From Acidobacteriota bacterium (lineage in GTDB: Bacteria > Acidobacteriota > UBA6911 > RPQK01 > JAJDTT01): 64,000 bases of DNA. Below the pieces are notes generated by a model. That model saw only the letters and a list, made by a program, of their open reading frames with translations, was not told the origin of the DNA and did not search any database. The position numbers and the translations under genes were made by a program. Below are positions 56,201 through 62,972 of this stretch, in pieces; positions within the stretch are counted from its first letter, which is position 1, and each line of letters opens with the position of its first letter. The stretch is from contig CBDCJH010000002.1 of assembly GCA_965217775.1 (NCBI GenBank), forward strand, positions 2,560,001-2,624,000, given 5' to 3'.

Positions 56201-59200
56201 AGTTGTCGCCCAGGACCTGCCTCCCGTCGACCGCCACGCGGGCGCCCGACGGCGCACTCAGGGTCACTCGCATCGTGTCGCCGCTATCGCAGCCGATGGC
56301 GTAGTGCAAGGTCTCCGCTTCGAACGCCGGATTCATGGCGCGACCGGGGTTGGCTGTGGCGGCGTCGGTGGACACCTGAAGCGCAGTCAGCAGCGGTCCC
56401 GTCACCACCTCGGACGCCACCTTCTGAACCCTGTGCCCAGAACCGTGCTCGTCGTCGTACGTCGCCGTCACGCGCAGGAACGCGTTCGTGTCGGCAGCCG
56501 TCGGCCTGTAGCTGGCTGCCGTGGCCCCGTCGATGACCACCCAGGCGCCCGGCCCCGTCGAGCGCTCCCACTCCCACGTGACCGTCCCGGCCGTGACCCC
56601 ATCGGGATCGGTCACAGCGGCGGCCAGCGCCGTTCCCAGCCGGGGAACGGTCGAGGACAGGGTCAGCGCCCCCACCTCGTCCCGGTCGGTGACGGTGACG
56701 GTCACGTCCTTGGTGAGGTTGGAGATCCCGTCCGACGCGGCCACGGTGACCGAGTACATGTTGCCCGTGCCCACGTCGGACGGCGACTCGTAGTCGGGCA
56801 GGGAGAGGAATCTGAGAGCACCGCCGTCGATGGAGAAACCGCCGCTGTCGGCTCCCGACAACGACCAGATAACGTCCGCATTGTCTTCTGGGGAAGACGC
56901 CATGTAGGTGGCCACCCGAGTGGCCCCGTTCTCGGCGTAATCCGTGCTCGACGGTCCCGTCAACTCCGTCGACAGTTCAAGGACGTTCTGCAATGTCACG
57001 CGGATGTCCGCCGTGACCGGGTTGTCGCCGTCGCTCACCTGCACGGTGATTTCATAGGTCCGGTCGCCGTCGGCGTCGTCCGGGTTTTCATAGTCGGGGG
57101 CCGCCGCGAAGGCCAAGACACCAGCACTGCTCAGTGTGAACTGGGCTGCATCCGTCCCGCCCGCCGTCGGAATCGACCACATCAAGGGGTCGGCATCCGC
57201 ATCCGTGGCGGTCAAGGTCGCCACCGCTGTCGTCTCCTCATCGACCGTGAAGGTGGTCGCGCTAGTGATCTCGGGGGCGGCTTCCTGGAGGGTAATGGTC
57301 TGTCCGGTTCCAGCGACCGACCACGGGCTGTCGCCCTCATCGTTGGTGGCCCGCACCTGGACGTGATAGGAGCTGCCCGCCTCCAGGCCCGTGATCGTCG
57401 CGCTGGTGGCAGTCTGATCCTGCGGCCCGTTGGTCCAGGCCCCGCTGTCGCCTTTCCGGTACTGCAGATCGTAGCTCTCGATGCCCGGCTTGCCGGCGTT
57501 GGCTGGCGCAATCCAGATCACGTCCAGGCTGTCGGTCGTACCCGCCTTCGCCGACACCGTCGGTGCACTTGGCGCCGGTGGCGGCTCGTCCGTGTCCATG
57601 ACGGTGATGGTCAAAATGGTGCTGTCGTTCAAACCCTGCGGGTCGGTGGCGGTGGCTGTTACCTCGTATGAACGCCTGGTCTCATAGTCAAATGCCACGT
57701 TGGCCCACATCGCTCCAACAGTGTCATCGGGGATGCTGAAGGACGCGGCGTCGGGGCCGCTCAGCGTGTACGTGAGCGTGTCGCCGTCCGAATCAAGCGC
57801 CAGCACCTTGGCGACGAAGGTTGAGATGTCGTTGTTCTCATCCACCTTCCGGGTTTCGGTATCGGTCAGGAACGCCGGTGCTCGGCTAGCGCTGACCCTG
57901 AGTATCTTGTCCCGACCCCTGCCATTCGAGGTGGTCACGTACAGGGCACCGTCAGGACCGAGCATGGGGGTCCGCAGCCGGCCGTAGGCCCCATCGACTG
58001 CGGGTACGGCGACCTGACTCACGAAGGCGCCGCCCGTGGTGAACTCGAAGACACGCAGCAACAGGGTCTTGAGCGCGGCCACGGCCAGTCGCCCGTCCCA
58101 CTCGCCCCAGTCCTCTCCCTCCAGGAAGATGCCGCCGCTGGTGGCCAACGTGTGATTCCCCGACGACCACTTGGCCTCCTTGGCATCGGGAAACTTGGCC
58201 AGGTCGGTCATGGGAGCGCTATGGTTGTAGCCGGGAACCCAACTGTCGTCGAGCCCGTCGACTGGATCCCAGCCGTAGTTGCCGCCGGTGGCCAGCAGGT
58301 TGATCTCATCGTCCCGGCCCGTGCCGTGCTCCACCGACCACATCTGGTTCGTGCCGGGTCGCAGCGCCAAGCCCTGGGGGTGCCGGTGGCCATAGGAGTA
58401 GACCTGTGATGCGAATGGATTCCCCGGTGCTCTGGCCCCCGTCGACGCCTCGACCCGCAGGATCTTCCCGCCGCGCGAGTCCAGATTCTGCGGCAGCGTC
58501 GGGCGATACGCGTCGCCGGTCGCGATCCACAGATAACCCTCTGGTCCGAAGCGCAGCCGACATCCGGCGTGATAGGCGTTGCCGACGCGGATGCCTCTGA
58601 CGAGAGGGTCGGCAACGCGGACAGCTTCGGTGTAGGTGTCGTTGATGCTCCAGGCGATCACTTGACCCTCGGGCCCGGTGTGGGCCAGACAGGTGTAGAA
58701 CCGCCGGTTGGATGCGAAGTCGGGGTCGATAACGATGCCCGTCAACCCCGTATCATTCACGAAGTACCCGTCGTCGAGATCGGCCGAGACGGTCTGGACT
58801 GTGCCGTCGGTGAGCCGACTGAGCAGCCTGCCCCTCCCGGGGCTCCGCCGGCCCCCCCGCTCGGTGAACAGCATCGTCCCGTCGGGCGCGAAGGCGATGT
58901 CCCAGGGATGCGACAGGCCGGAGACGATTTCGACGACTGTGATTTTCGGCGCGGGTGCCTGCTCACCGACCACATGATCCCAGACGACTTTCAGAGTCTT
59001 GCCTGGCCCGAATCCGTCTCTGTAGGTCGCCGTAGCCCGCAGGTACAGTCCCCTGTCAGCGTCGGTCGGCGCATAGTTGGGACCCGGAGGCTGTTCCGAT
59101 CTCTCCCCTTCGCTGGTTATCTGCTCCCCGAAGTCGTTGATGTCGTCCCAGCCGCTCTTGTCCATGGAGCTGGCCCATTTCCAGGTCAGTTTGCCGACAC

Positions 59201-59900
59201 CGTCAGGGTCGCTCACCCTTACCTGGAGCACGGTTCCAACTCGGGGCTGGGCCGGAAAGAAGGTGATGGTGCCCTCTTCATCCACGTTGGTGACGGTGAC
59301 GCTCAGGTCCAGGGGAGAGCTGGTGCTTGTGCCGTCGCTGACCTGCACGGTGACTTCATAGGTCCGGTCGCCGTCGGCGTCGTCCGGGTTTTCATAGTCC
59401 TTGGCGGTGCTGAAAGCCAAGTCACCGGCGGAACCGAGCGTGAACTGGTCCGCGTCCGCGCCTCCCATGCCCGCCTCTGGAATCGTCCAGACCAGTTGGT
59501 CGGTTGCCGTGTCCTCGTCCGACGCGGTGAGGGTCGTCACCGCCGTCGTTCCCTCGGCGACGGTGAAGGGCCCGCCACTGGTAATCTCGGGTGCCGTCTG
59601 CGCCTGCGCGTCCGTGCTGGAGGGGAGCAAGAGCACGAGCGCAAACAGACAGACTGCACTGCGGCTCGGGATACAGCTCTTGAGGGCCGCGACGCCGAAT
59701 CGCAGAAACGCCGGCAAGGCGGCGCGAAGGACACGGAGGGTCCGGCGCGTGCACGACAAGAAAGCGACGACTGGATCAAACTGCGGCATTGGAATCGGCT
59801 CGACCCGCAGAGAAATCGCCGCCAGCGCCCCAAACGCTCCCCGCCACCCACCACCGCGGGCCCACGGCGCGATTCCTGTCAGGCGGATCCTCTTCATCAC
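47283..59900 (-). CDS. Giant modular protein G4, 4205 aa: leader, cadherins, PQQ sugar dehydrogenase, FN3, arylsulfotransferase-like domain, Ig-like, 7 stalk units, Calx-beta-like, Pro36, FN3, duplicated C-terminal domain
   Basis: ORF track; cadherin DYExPxDADGDxxYEVTV; GSDH motifs (HAGCRLRFGP, YGHRHPQG, DDEINLL); ASST motifs HDFAILPNG, HVNSI, SFR, GQHSA, LYDNG, SRAVEY. Confidence 0.95.
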   Translation of the reverse strand: MMKRIRLTGIAPWARGGGWRGAFGALAAISLRVEPIPMPQFDPVVAFLSCTRRTLRVLRAALPAFLRFGVAALKSCIPSRSAVCLFALVLLLPSSTDAQAQTAPEITSGGPFTVAEGTTAVTTLTASDEDTATDQLVWTIPEAGMGGADADQFTLGSAGDLAFSTAKDYENPDDADGDRTYEVTVQVSDGTSTSSPLDLSVTVTNVDEEGTITFFPAQPRVGTVLQVRVSDPDGVGKLTWKWASSMDKSGWDDINDFGEQITSEGERSEQPPGPNYAPTDADRGLYLRATATYRDGFGPGKTLKVVWDHVVGEQAPAPKITVVEIVSGLSHPWDIAFAPDGTMLFTERGGRRSPGRGRLLSRLTDGTVQTVSADLDDGYFVNDTGLTGIVIDPDFASNRRFYTCLAHTGPEGQVIAWSINDTYTEAVRVADPLVRGIRVGNAYHAGCRLRFGPEGYLWIATGDAYRPTLPQNLDSRGGKILRVEASTGARAPGNPFASQVYSYGHRHPQGLALRPGTNQMWSVEHGTGRDDEINLLATGGNYGWDPVDGLDDSWVPGYNHSAPMTDLAKFPDAKEAKWSSGNHTLATSGGIFLEGEDWGEWDGRLAVAALKTLLLRVFEFTTGGAFVSQVAVPAVDGAYGRLRTPMLGPDGALYVTTSNGRGRDKILRVSASRAPAFLTDTETRKVDENNDISTFVAKVLALDSDGDTLTYTLSGPDAASFSIPDDTVGAMWANVAFDYETRRSYEVTATATDPQGLNDSTILTITVMDTDEPPPAPSAPTVSAKAGTTDSLDVIWIAPANAGKPGIESYDLQYRKGDSGAWTNGPQDQTATSATITGLEAGSSYHVQVRATNDEGDSPWSVAGTGQTITLQEAAPEITSATTFTVDEETTAVATLTATDADADPLMWSIPTAGGTDAAQFTLSSAGVLAFAAAPDYENPDDADGDRTYEITVQVSDGDNPVTADIRVTLQNVLELSTELTGPSSTDYAENGATRVATYMASSPEDNADVIWSLSGADSGGFSIDGGALRFLSLPDYESPSDVGTGNMYSVTVAASDGISNLTKDVTVTVTDRDEVGALTLSSTVPRLGTALAAAVTDPDGVTAGTVTWEWERSTGPGAWVVIDGATAASYRPTAADTNAFLRVTATYDDEHGSGHRVQKVASEVVTGPLLTALQVSTDAATANPGRAMNPAFEAETLHYAIGCDSGDTMRVTLSAPSGARVAVDGRQVLGDNSTVNVPVNITSDVPISVTDRNGAHTVYYVHCLNAKFYHIEAGRYPGAEGVFEGLLLFRHAGFLVMMDNNGVPRFRGLHSDARERAWFFRIDPDDVYRYAYPTQDNRFDVLNQHLELIDSRISVVFPLSGTDQHDFAILPNGDYMLMAYERRGRNLSHLTFTDADGQPYELHTMIDSAIQIITRDNREALFTWDSWGDMPLEDCVQHRFARSGFPGYAHVNSIRKYGNQIVGSFRGCSKVLGIDVTSGAVAWRVGRTNLSDEEWASRDIGPAPLIPVKDPEGEFCGQHSATILPNGHLLLYDNGAVCLIDPWTRESVRTDGVYSRAVEYALDHDAGEAVFVRDHSLHGNKAAYGHSSGQVLPMDNGDWLISWGRNLPDQPPLEETVTQVDPATGQEKFFIRFTEENTEERPYLMATSVPADALTDTPGPLTAEIAESTWNSAGHTGTFDKPKVVVAFSRPVVDFTAATASVSLTGATLDSVSALVSAGEAANAYLFTLTPGGDGPITFNLVSGRSCASGGICTADGTTLSEVPAPRVIPRASIRLIAAPDALEIREGTTAVYSVVFNENPAELYGVECGDDVWVQVSHADGTDVTLDRYAHPVSSGDGNCDGGNWSQPKSFQVSADRDDDADKDPLVTLTHEVWNAGAETVLTGPNVTVSIVEDEGEDTEAPRIEGIEITSDPPDGRDVYGIGDEIEVTVTFSETVTVSGSPRVALKVGERDRSASFESVTGADVVFAYTVAVNDSDTDGVSIEADSLSQATGRIQDTAGNNAVLTHSAVAADTGQKVDGIKPALASTGGAVANGSMLTLAYSEPLDSSSVPGNDAFTVTGGSETRTVTGVRVSGSVVELTLNPAVEHGETGLRVSYTVPTGTGATPIQDTAGNDADRLSNRSVTNVTGDTTGPAVETVRITSNAGSDRTYAVEDPIEVTVTFNETVVVTGTPRLTLNVGGQNRTADYLSVTGAAVKFEYRVSRGDRDRDGVSIDADSLSRGGGTIRDGARNDAQLDHAAVAADARHQVDGVPPALATTDGAVANGTTLTLAYSEPLRSSPRPATSAFTVTGGSETRTVTRVQVSGNAVLLTLNPAVTDTESGLRLNYQPGGNPIEDVVGNAADELNNRTVTNRTGDMTGPTVETVRITSNAGSDQTYAAGETIEVTVTFSATVVVTGTPRLTLNLGGRSRTANYKDVTGAAVRFEYQVVSGDSAAYGVSIDANRLSGGTIRDGARNNAVRNHAPVAADSRHQVDGIKPTLATSDGAVASGTTLTLAYGEPLDSSSVPATDDFTVTGGSETRTVSGVRVSGSAVFLTLSSAVTDGERGLRVSYEPGSDPIQDTAGNDADRLSSKSVTNRTGDTTGPAVLTVRITSSAGSDRTYGVDEIIEVTVTFDETAVVTGTPQLTLNLGGRSRTANFRSVKNQAVKFAYRVVPGDNDGDGVSIDADSLSRGAGTIRDGAQNDATLDHAAVAADARHQVDGILPVLATTDGAVVNGTKLTLAYSEPLNSSSRPAASAFTVTGGSETRTVTRVQVSGSAVLLTLNPAVQDTESGLRLSYQPGGNPIEDVVGNAADELNNQPVTNNTGDTTGPTVETVRITSNAGSDRTYAAGETIEVTVTFSETVVVTGTPRLTLNVGGRSRTANYKDVTGAAVRFEYQVVSGDTAPYGVSLEANRLSGGTIRDGARNNAVLSHAPVAADNQHKVDGVKPTLATSDGAVVNGRTLTLAYGEPLDSSSVPSTDDFTVTGGSETRTVTGVRVSGNAVFLTLSSAVADGESRLRVNYQPGSNPIQDTAGNDADRLSSKSVTNRTGDTTGPAVSTVRITSSAGSDRTYGVDETIEVTVTFDETVVITGTPELTLDVGGRSRTAEYRSVSNQAVKFAYRVVTGDNDEDGVSLETNRLSRSGGTIRDGAQNDATLDHDAVAPSSSHKVDAVAPVLADTDPAVVNGATLTLTYNEPLNTSSRPETSDFTVEGGNETRTVTRVRVSGSTVRLTVNPASEHGETGIRVSYEPRSNPIQDRVGNDAEAFTDEFVDNQTPDTTAPSIEGIEISSDPGTDATYAVDDMISVTVRYDEPVTVDTIRGTPTLELLVGTRRKRASASVGPDRPVVVFVYTVEKGDEDEDGVSVPRGSITLNGGKILDLADNPAARSYEAVEAQAGHKVDASVPELESVTVHDSRVALNYDEPLDESLVPLRSDFAVTVEGNDRPVTQVQVRGNSVILTLASAVATGDTVRVDYTPGFNPIQDEVGNGTEMLTNEEADPPLVTIEAREGSETVTEGDRVEFTLTRGPPTEASLTVNVEVTERGSVIDTSGGDPPDEVVFPARQETAPLSVRTDDDDVAESAGRVTARLRPGAKYRLGPTSTQSARVTVQDNEVSAPPPPPPPPPPPPPPPPPPPPPPPPPPPPPPPPPPPPAATVPTAPLNLQAEAGDGEVTLTWKVPESDGRSALTGYEVRIDRAGDWISIGSTDLSYTVTGLTNGRTYVFEVRAVNSVGPSPHSSPVEATPMAEGVVLEFAHFGNGYTGNDVLITSDLVLVNVAESEIRPVVYFFDGEGDLFEAESVVDVGEDLEIREDGGLSPRTEIASLGELTISTHGRGEVVTGSVRVVSDGPIGGVVRFDIPGIGVAGVGASEPTADALFPARRQAGGIRTAAAIHNLGPEAVKVQCRLLKNGRVLEEGEIKLSANGQDAQFIEELFTETDTTDFVGSVRCTVPAGESFTGVAVELDAGNRIFTTLPVVPIGPEATEDQDTTLNFAHFANGTSGDGTLITSDLVLVNVAASTARPAIYFYDQGGELLEPESMVEVEDHLLVREDGGLTLRTALARLGELTISTHGRGEVVTGSVRVVANGPIGGVLRFDIPGVGVAGVGASQATVDALFPARRQPSGIRTAAAIRNLAAQRATVRCRLMSGGEALDEVDIRLDSHGQHARFIEEVFTRTDTRDFVGSVRCTALGEGLFTGVAVELDTDNRIFTTLPVVPIQR
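48987..49094 (-). repeat. Poly-proline tract of G4 (36 Pro)
   Basis: 36 consecutive CCN codons. Confidence 0.97.
49450..54200 (-). repeat. G4 stalk: 7 tandem Ig-like + SwmB-type units
   Basis: Seven unit starts in the translation. Confidence 0.9.
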
Positions 59901-59937
59901 CTTCCAGCGGGGTCGGGGGCAGGTGAGGATCGCGACG

Positions 59938-60056
59938 TCGGGGCACCCCTTGTGGGCGCCCGCTGTTGTCCGTCACTGCTCGGTCCGGGAAGGGCAACCA
60001 CAAGGGGTGCCCCTACGAGCCCGGGGAGGGCGACCACACACAAGGGTCGCCCCTAC
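59938..60056. repeat. GTAG-type REP cluster (3 copies) in G4 leader
   Basis: GGGGCACCCCTTGTGGGCGCCC, GGGCAACCACAAGGGGTGCCCCTAC, GGGCGACCACACACAAGGGTCGCCCCTAC. Confidence 0.8.
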
Positions 60057-60093
60057 TGTGCGAGCGTCCGCTACTCCCTCCTCTATCCGTCCA

Positions 60094-60203
60094 CGTGTCA
60101 ATTTTAAGGAGGAACCCGGACGAAATTGGCCCAAATAAATGAAAGCCGGGTGATATTTTGATCCGTATAGTGATACTCTAGTGAAATATTCCACCCGGAC
60201 CGC
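60094..60203. promoter_or_regulatory. Conserved promoter block, copy 4; probably bidirectional (G4 and the regulator)
   Basis: -10 TAAAAT on - at 60101-60106; boxes ATGAAAG 60139, GTGATAT 60150, GTGATAC 60170, GTGAAAT 60181; TATAGT on + at 60166-60171. Confidence 0.75.
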
Positions 60204-60310
60204 TCTCGCTGCCGTCTGCAGAGCGCGGAGCGTAGCGCCCCCGGATCCTCCCAGCGATGCTGGGGGACGGGGCACCGGGTCTTGCTCCGGGATTTGACGG
60301 GGGAGGGAAA

Positions 60311-62653
60311 ATGAAGAGTAGCGACGAATTGAGGCGAGAGAACGACGCGCTGCGAGAGCGCATCTCCCGGCTGAGCGCCGCCATCCTGCGCATCAGCGCG
60401 ACCCTCGACGTCGGCGCCGTCCTGCGCGAGGTCGTGGACAGCGCCCGCGCGTTGACCCGCACCCGCTACGGCGTGATTGCGACCCTCGACGACGCGGGGC
60501 AGCCCCAGGAGTTCGTCTCGTCCGGCCTCACTGCGGAAGACCACGAACGGCTGATGAGCTGGTCCGGCGGGAGGGAGCTCTTCGAGTGCCTGCGGGGGCT
60601 TCGGGGAACGCTGAGACTGCGAGATCTGCCCGATTATTCCACCTTGCTCGACTATCTCCCGAACCTGATGGGGTCGAAGACCATCCAGGGAGCGCCCATG
60701 CACCATCGGGGCGTGCACGTCGGCAATTTCTTTCTCGGCGGGAAGGAGGGAGAGCCGGAGTTCACGAGCGCGGACGAAGAGACCCTGGTGCTGTTCGCAT
60801 CTCAGGCAGCGACGGCCATCGCCAACGCCCGCACGCACCGGGACGAGCAGCGGGCTCGGGCCGACCTGGAGGTCCTGGTCGAGACCTCGCCGGTGGGCGT
60901 GGTGCTCATGGAGGCCAAGACCGTCAAGCCGGTATCGTTCAATCGGGAGGCGATGCGAATCGTGGAAGGTCTGTGCACACCGGGTCAATCCACGGAGGAG
61001 TTGCTGGAGATCGTGACCTGCCGGTTCGGCGACGGGCAGGAATTCTCCGCGAGAGAGTTTCCGCTGGCGCAAGTGCTGGGCAACGCTACCCCGGTACGCG
61101 CCGAGGAGATCGTCCTCCGGGTCCCCGACGGCCGGAGTGTCACGACGCTGTTCAATGCCTCGCCGGTCCGTTCCGAGGACGGCACGGTCGAGTCCGTGAT
61201 CGTCACCCTTCAGGACTTGGCTCCACTGAAGGAGCTGGAGCGGTTGCGGGCCGAGTTCCTGGGTATGGTGAGCCACGAACTCCGGGTTCCGCTGACCTCC
61301 ATCAAGGGCTCGGCCGCCACCGCGCTGCGGGCGTCGCCGACCCCGGACCCGGCCGTGGTGCAGCAGTTCCTCCGCATCATCGATGAGCAGGCCGATCACA
61401 TGCACAGCCTGATCGACGATCTGCTGGATGCGGGTCGCATCGAGGCGGGCACGCTGGCGGTCGGCCCCGAGCCGACGGAGGTGGCCCGCTTGGTGGAACA
61501 GGCCAGGAACATGTTCCTGAGTGGAGAAGGCCGGCACACCGTCCAGATCGACCTGCCGCCGGATCTGCCCCGGGTGATGGCCGACCGCGGCCGCATCGTC
61601 CAGGTGTTGACCAACCTCCTGTCCAACGCGGCCCGGCACTCGCCCGAGGCGTCCCCCATCCGGGTTGCCGCGGAGCGGAAGGGCGTTCACGTGGCGATCT
61701 CGGTCTCCGACAAAGGCCAAGGGGTACCGCTGGATCAACTGCCGCACCTTTTCCGGAAGTACGCGCGTGGCGGCGGCGATCGCGGGATCAGGGGATCCGG
61801 TCTGGGTCTGTCCATCTGCAAGGGTCTGGTGGAGGCCCACGGGGGGCGCATCCGCGCCGAGAGTGGCGGGACCGGCCTGGGCACGCGGTTCACCTTCACG
61901 ATTCCGGTGGCGGAGGACGCCGCGACCGGCTTCGCCCGGAGCTCTTCCCGCCCGCCTCGGGAAGAGCGGGAACGAACCCGCATCCTGGTGGTGGACGACG
62001 ACCCGCAGACGCTCCGCTACGTGCGGGACGCGCTGGCGGACGCCGGCTACTCCCCCCTGGTGACGGGCGATCCTCAGGAGGTGTCCGGCCTGATCAAGTC
62101 GAAGCAGCCCCGGCTGGTGCTCCTGGACCTGATACTGCCCGGGGTCGACGGCATCGAGTTGATGGAGCGGGTCCCCGCGCTGGCCGATCTGCCCGTCATC
62201 TTCATCTCCGGCTACGGACGGGACGAGACGATCGCCCGGGCCCTGGAGGCCGGGGCCTCCGATTACATCGTCAAGCCCTTCTCACCGACGGAGCTGACGG
62301 CGAGAGTCCGGGCGGCCCTGCGCCGGCGCGACGAGCCGCCCGAACCCTTCCGCTTGAGAGAATTGGCCATCCACTACGAGGAACGCCGGGTGACCGTCGC
62401 CGGCCGTCCGGTGCAGCTTACGACCACCGAATACAAGCTGCTGCGCGTGCTCTCGGTCAACGCCGGACGGGTCATGACGTACGGTTCCCTGCTGCGCCAA
62501 GTGTGGGGCCGGGAAGAATCCGGCGACATCCGACCGGTGCGCTCCTTCGTGAAGATGCTCCGCCGCAAGCTGGGCGATGACGCCGCCAACCCGGCCTATA
62601 TCTTCAACGAGCGCCGGGTCGGCTACCGCATGGCCAGACCCGGCGGCCGGTGA
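60311..62653 (+). CDS. Cytoplasmic hybrid sensor kinase/DNA-binding response regulator (GAF-PAS-HisKA-HATPase-REC-OmpR/PhoB-type winged helix), ~780 aa
   Basis: GGAGG RBS before ATG 60311; MVSHELRVPLTSIKG H-box, NLLSNA, DKGQG, GSGLGL; ILVVDDD, LLDLILPGVDG, YIVKPF; LTTTEYKLL...LLRQVWG...LRRKLGDD..NPAYIFNERRVGYR; no obvious TM helix. Confidence 0.95.
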   Translation: MKSSDELRRENDALRERISRLSAAILRISATLDVGAVLREVVDSARALTRTRYGVIATLDDAGQPQEFVSSGLTAEDHERLMSWSGGRELFECLRGLRGTLRLRDLPDYSTLLDYLPNLMGSKTIQGAPMHHRGVHVGNFFLGGKEGEPEFTSADEETLVLFASQAATAIANARTHRDEQRARADLEVLVETSPVGVVLMEAKTVKPVSFNREAMRIVEGLCTPGQSTEELLEIVTCRFGDGQEFSAREFPLAQVLGNATPVRAEEIVLRVPDGRSVTTLFNASPVRSEDGTVESVIVTLQDLAPLKELERLRAEFLGMVSHELRVPLTSIKGSAATALRASPTPDPAVVQQFLRIIDEQADHMHSLIDDLLDAGRIEAGTLAVGPEPTEVARLVEQARNMFLSGEGRHTVQIDLPPDLPRVMADRGRIVQVLTNLLSNAARHSPEASPIRVAAERKGVHVAISVSDKGQGVPLDQLPHLFRKYARGGGDRGIRGSGLGLSICKGLVEAHGGRIRAESGGTGLGTRFTFTIPVAEDAATGFARSSSRPPREERERTRILVVDDDPQTLRYVRDALADAGYSPLVTGDPQEVSGLIKSKQPRLVLLDLILPGVDGIELMERVPALADLPVIFISGYGRDETIARALEAGASDYIVKPFSPTELTARVRAALRRRDEPPEPFRLRELAIHYEERRVTVAGRPVQLTTTEYKLLRVLSVNAGRVMTYGSLLRQVWGREESGDIRPVRSFVKMLRRKLGDDAANPAYIFNERRVGYRMARPGGR

Positions 62654-62813
62654 GGGCCCCCATCGGTGTGGGCGCTCTCGCCGATCGGCCACACGCCTCC
62701 GCAAGCTGGTCGATCGGGGCTTGCAGGCATTACTTGACGCCTACCGTTCCGGTGCCACGCACGGGCTGTTGTGACGCCGCTTGGTCGAATGTCAACGTCA
62801 GGCCCGCGGCTAG

Positions 62814-62972
62814 GAGTCTGCGCGGTAGAAATGATCGTAGCGAGAAAGTGGGGAATCGAGGCCAGATTTTCTCGATTTGGAGGTGCATAGTCGTTCTATT
62901 CGCCGAGAAATCGAGGAAATATGGACCGATTCTACCGCTTTCGCAGTAGATCAATTTCTGCCGCGCAGGCTC
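62814..62972. mobile_element. 159-bp MITE-like foldback element flanked by CTAG direct repeats
   Basis: IRs GAGTCTGCGCGGTAGAAATGATC / GAGCCTGCGCGGCAGAAATTGATC; inner arms TTTTCTCGATTT / AAATCGAGGAAA; CTAG at 62810-62813 and 62973-62976. Confidence 0.82.

Noticed and set aside
60104-61840. 578-aa minus-strand ORF
   Set aside because: Antisense to the clearly coding hybrid kinase; no recognisable motifs
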